Positions 34,985 to 38,111 of a DNA stretch of 38,111 nucleotides are shown piece by piece. Position 1 is the first letter of the stretch. Each line of letters starts with the position of its first letter. The stretch is from Octopus bimaculoides (lineage: Eukaryota), in the NCBI RefSeq assembly GCF_001194135.2, contig NC_068984.1, positions 36,762,675 through 36,800,785 of the forward strand, given 5' to 3'. A model generated the notes under the pieces. The model made no database searches. It was not told the origin of the DNA and worked only from the letters and a program-made list of their open reading frames with translations. Made by a program: the position numbers and the translations under genes.

Positions 34985-37682
34985 CATGTGTTTTAAGTGT
35001 ATCGTAAAAGTTTTGGTGGAAGGCCCAGATTTCCGAGATCTTTTCCAGGGATTAGAAAAGCTGAAAGATCGCTGCAATAAGCGTGTGAATGTGAGAGGTA
35101 GAGTATGTTGAATAAAAGGATAATAATTAACATATATATATATATATATGTGTGAGCATATATATATGTATATATGTATGTGTTTATGTGTGTTTATTCA
35201 TTTGGGTGTATATATATATATATATATGCNNNNNNNNNNNNNNNNNNNNNNNNNNNNNNNNNNNNNNNNNNNNNNNNNNNNNNNNNNNNNNNNNNNNNNN
35301 NNNNNNNNNNNNNNNNNNNNNNNNNNNNNNNNNNNNNNNNNNNNNNNNNNNNNNNNNNNNNNNNNNNNNNNNNNNNNNNNNNNNNNNNNNNNNNNNNNNN
35401 NNNNNNNNNNNNNNNNNNNNNNNNNNNNNNNNNNNNNNNNNNNNNNNNNNNNNNNNNNNNNNNNNNNNNNNNNNNNNNNNNNNNNNNNNNNNNNNNNNNN
35501 NNNNNNNNNNNNNNNNNNNNNNNNNNNNNNNNNNNNNNNNNNNNNNNNNNNNNNNNNNNNNNNNNNNNNNNNNNNNNNNNNNNNNNNNNNNNNNNNNNNN
35601 NNNNNNNNNNNNNNNNNNNNNNNNNNNNNNNNNNNNNNNNNNNNNNNNNNNNNNNNNNNNNNNNNNNNNNNNNNNNNNNNNNNNNNNNNNNNNNNNNNNN
35701 NNNNNNNNNNNNNNNNNNNNNNNNNNNNNNNNNNNNNNNNNNNNNNNNNNNATATATATATATATATATGTATGTATGTATATGCACACTCAGACATATA
35801 TACGTACTTACTTATATTCATGTAAATAATGCTTGCATATTTACATATATGAATGGATATTTGAAGAGACTATTAACATCTGGGGTTAATTCCCCCGCCT
35901 CTCGTTATCATTTCGCGTGGTCAATGCGTGTCTCTTTAAACTGTTCTGTTCCTTTCAAAAGTAATCATTTTATCATCAGTATATACATCCCTGTTTAACA
36001 TGTTGCTAACATATTTGAAAAAAGATACGGCGTGCCAAACATTAGTATCTTAGGAGCCACCTGATGCATGCCATGACAAGGCTGATAAAGGATAGCAGTT
36101 TATGCAAGATTCTGTAATTACCTTGGGGACTGGTCAGCTGTGTTAAAAGCCTGCAATTTAAAACGATATGCTGTGTAGAATATATTAATACACATACATT
36201 TTCTTCGATGCTTTTGCGGTTCCCTTGAGTCTTTGTCACCATCCAATTCCATTATTATGAATTTGAACTGGGAGCTTGAGCCATAGTGAATCTTTCGCTG
36301 GTTGATTACACAAACATGGAACCTACGCCTCTGGATGTGTTGCAGTTACCCTCTTCATAGAGCTTGGCGATCTTCTGAGTTTCCTCTTCTCACCTCATTT
36401 GAGCTCTCCCGCTACCTCTTCACAACCCGCCATGTTGCAGTCCCATGCCTTCACCGCATCCCTGGCAGAGTGGCTCAACGAGTGCTATGCCTTATCAAAG
36501 GGCAGCCCGTAACAATGCAAAGCATGGTCGTCACTCTGCATAATATATTCAAAATGCCCGCATACACAAAATACTCGCATGCTATCCATGAAGACTAATT
36601 GAAAGCAAAATTACTACAGCAAAAATATAAATAATGAAGTGTAATATTGAAGTAGACGATGACGCTGATGGTGATAATGATGATGACGACCACGACTTGG
36701 AGGATGAGGATAAATTGAGACTAATATTGAAAGTATGCATCTATAGCAATTAGTATAGTGGGAGATATTATGGATAGCAGTGATATTGGAAATGATGATG
36801 ATATCTTGATGATAAGATAAATTAAGAATGCGCATATGAATAAATAGCCGTGTATAGGTTAGAATACATTAATACTAATACTAAATAATAGAAATTAATA
36901 GCAAATTAAGTGAGTGCAATCAATTGTGAGGGTGATAGACGCGATTCAGAAGGTTGGGAGAACGGAGCGACAAAGAGAAAAGTAAGTGATAACTAGTGTT
37001 CGGTATGGTGACCATCACAAAGATTAATACGGAGCTCCTAAAGAGATATAAGACTCCAAGTCTAGGCTTGTCAGTATATTCCTAAATGAAACTCACTGAT
37101 GAGTGAACGCATACAAGTGTTAACATATACAAGGTCACTTACACACACACACACACACACACACTCTTGATAAAAAAAACGCTTGTAATGACATTATTGT
37201 TAATAAGGATCTTTTCAATCTCAGTCACAGATTTTGAATTTTTTTTTCTTTTAACTAAACAGTTTGAAACTACGGATACTGGTTGAATGTGTCACGTAAA
37301 ACAAAGTTTACTCTTAACGTTTTTGACAAAAGTTTGTAATTTAGAAGTTATTTCGTGTTAAAGTTGTCATATTTGGGTAATCTTAACCAATGACGTTTAT
37401 TCAGCTGAAGAAAGTTTCTGTTGTTTGCGAAAGTAATGGAAGTGCAACAACATCTGGGTCATCAGGTCATTCGTTTTGGACGCTGCATACATATATTTAC
37501 TTAAATACACAGACACATCTATACGTTTATACACACAGACACGCACACACACCAATACATACACACACATGCAATTTTTACAACACTGAGGAAAGGAAAG
37601 GGAGGTGGGTGTAAGGAATACATAGCTTTAAGGAGGGGATGTGAATTTCACGACGGTTGTTCATGCAGCGTTCTGCTGTCCA

Positions 37683-37726
<44 letters not shown>

Positions 37727-38061
37727 ACATACATTTATATGTAAAGCTGATAAAATCCCGGAAGCAAGGAAAAGAAGAGGGTTTAATAAATCAATAAGCA
37801 GTGGTAGTGGTTGGTAAGTTTATATAAGCTGTCATTCAGATCGTCATCACACCACCACTCTCTCCGTTCTCTATTTCTCTCTACGATTTCCTGGAAATAA
37901 CCGCCAAATCACTCTCAATGTCACACGTTAACATTATATAAACGAGAAGACACATTGGATAAGATAGAAAAAAATACACATGCACACACGTACGTATTCC
38001 CTATAAAAGAACTTTCGGTTTTTCTCAACCACCTTTCTTTTCTTTTATACTTTTCTCCCAC

Positions 38062-38064
<3 letters not shown>

Positions 38065-38111
<47 letters not shown>
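38065..38111. repeat. (CT)n microsatellite at the window end
   Basis: Perfect TC run. Confidence 0.95.

Overview
AT-rich eukaryotic scaffold with ten N-gaps, dense microsatellites and decayed transposons. The SINE heads, Penelope, Dong/R4 and mariner content resemble an octopus (coleoid cephalopod) genome; this is inferred from repeat recognition only. No intact protein-coding gene, rRNA, tRNA gene or CRISPR array can be supported, and most supplied ORFs are artefacts of microsatellites or N-runs. Recognisable content: two Tc1/mariner-superfamily elements (a full-length DD34D mariner and a maT/DD37D-like copy), Penelope RT/GIY-YIG remnants, three Dong/R4 pieces beside (TAA)n tracts, RTE and CR1/L2-like RT remnants, a Gypsy integrase-PPT-LTR remnant and four tRNA-derived SINE copies from two families. 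The most unusual structure is four long, unrelated inverted repeats (1.7-2.05, 2.2-2.9, 28.9-29.3 and 34.3-34.8 kb). The first is made of two head-to-head copies of a minimal type I hammerhead-ribozyme-like unit. A second hammerhead-like core with a ~25-bp stem II lies at 17.3 kb. A few short minus-strand exon candidates hint that the window may be intronic, but this is unproven.
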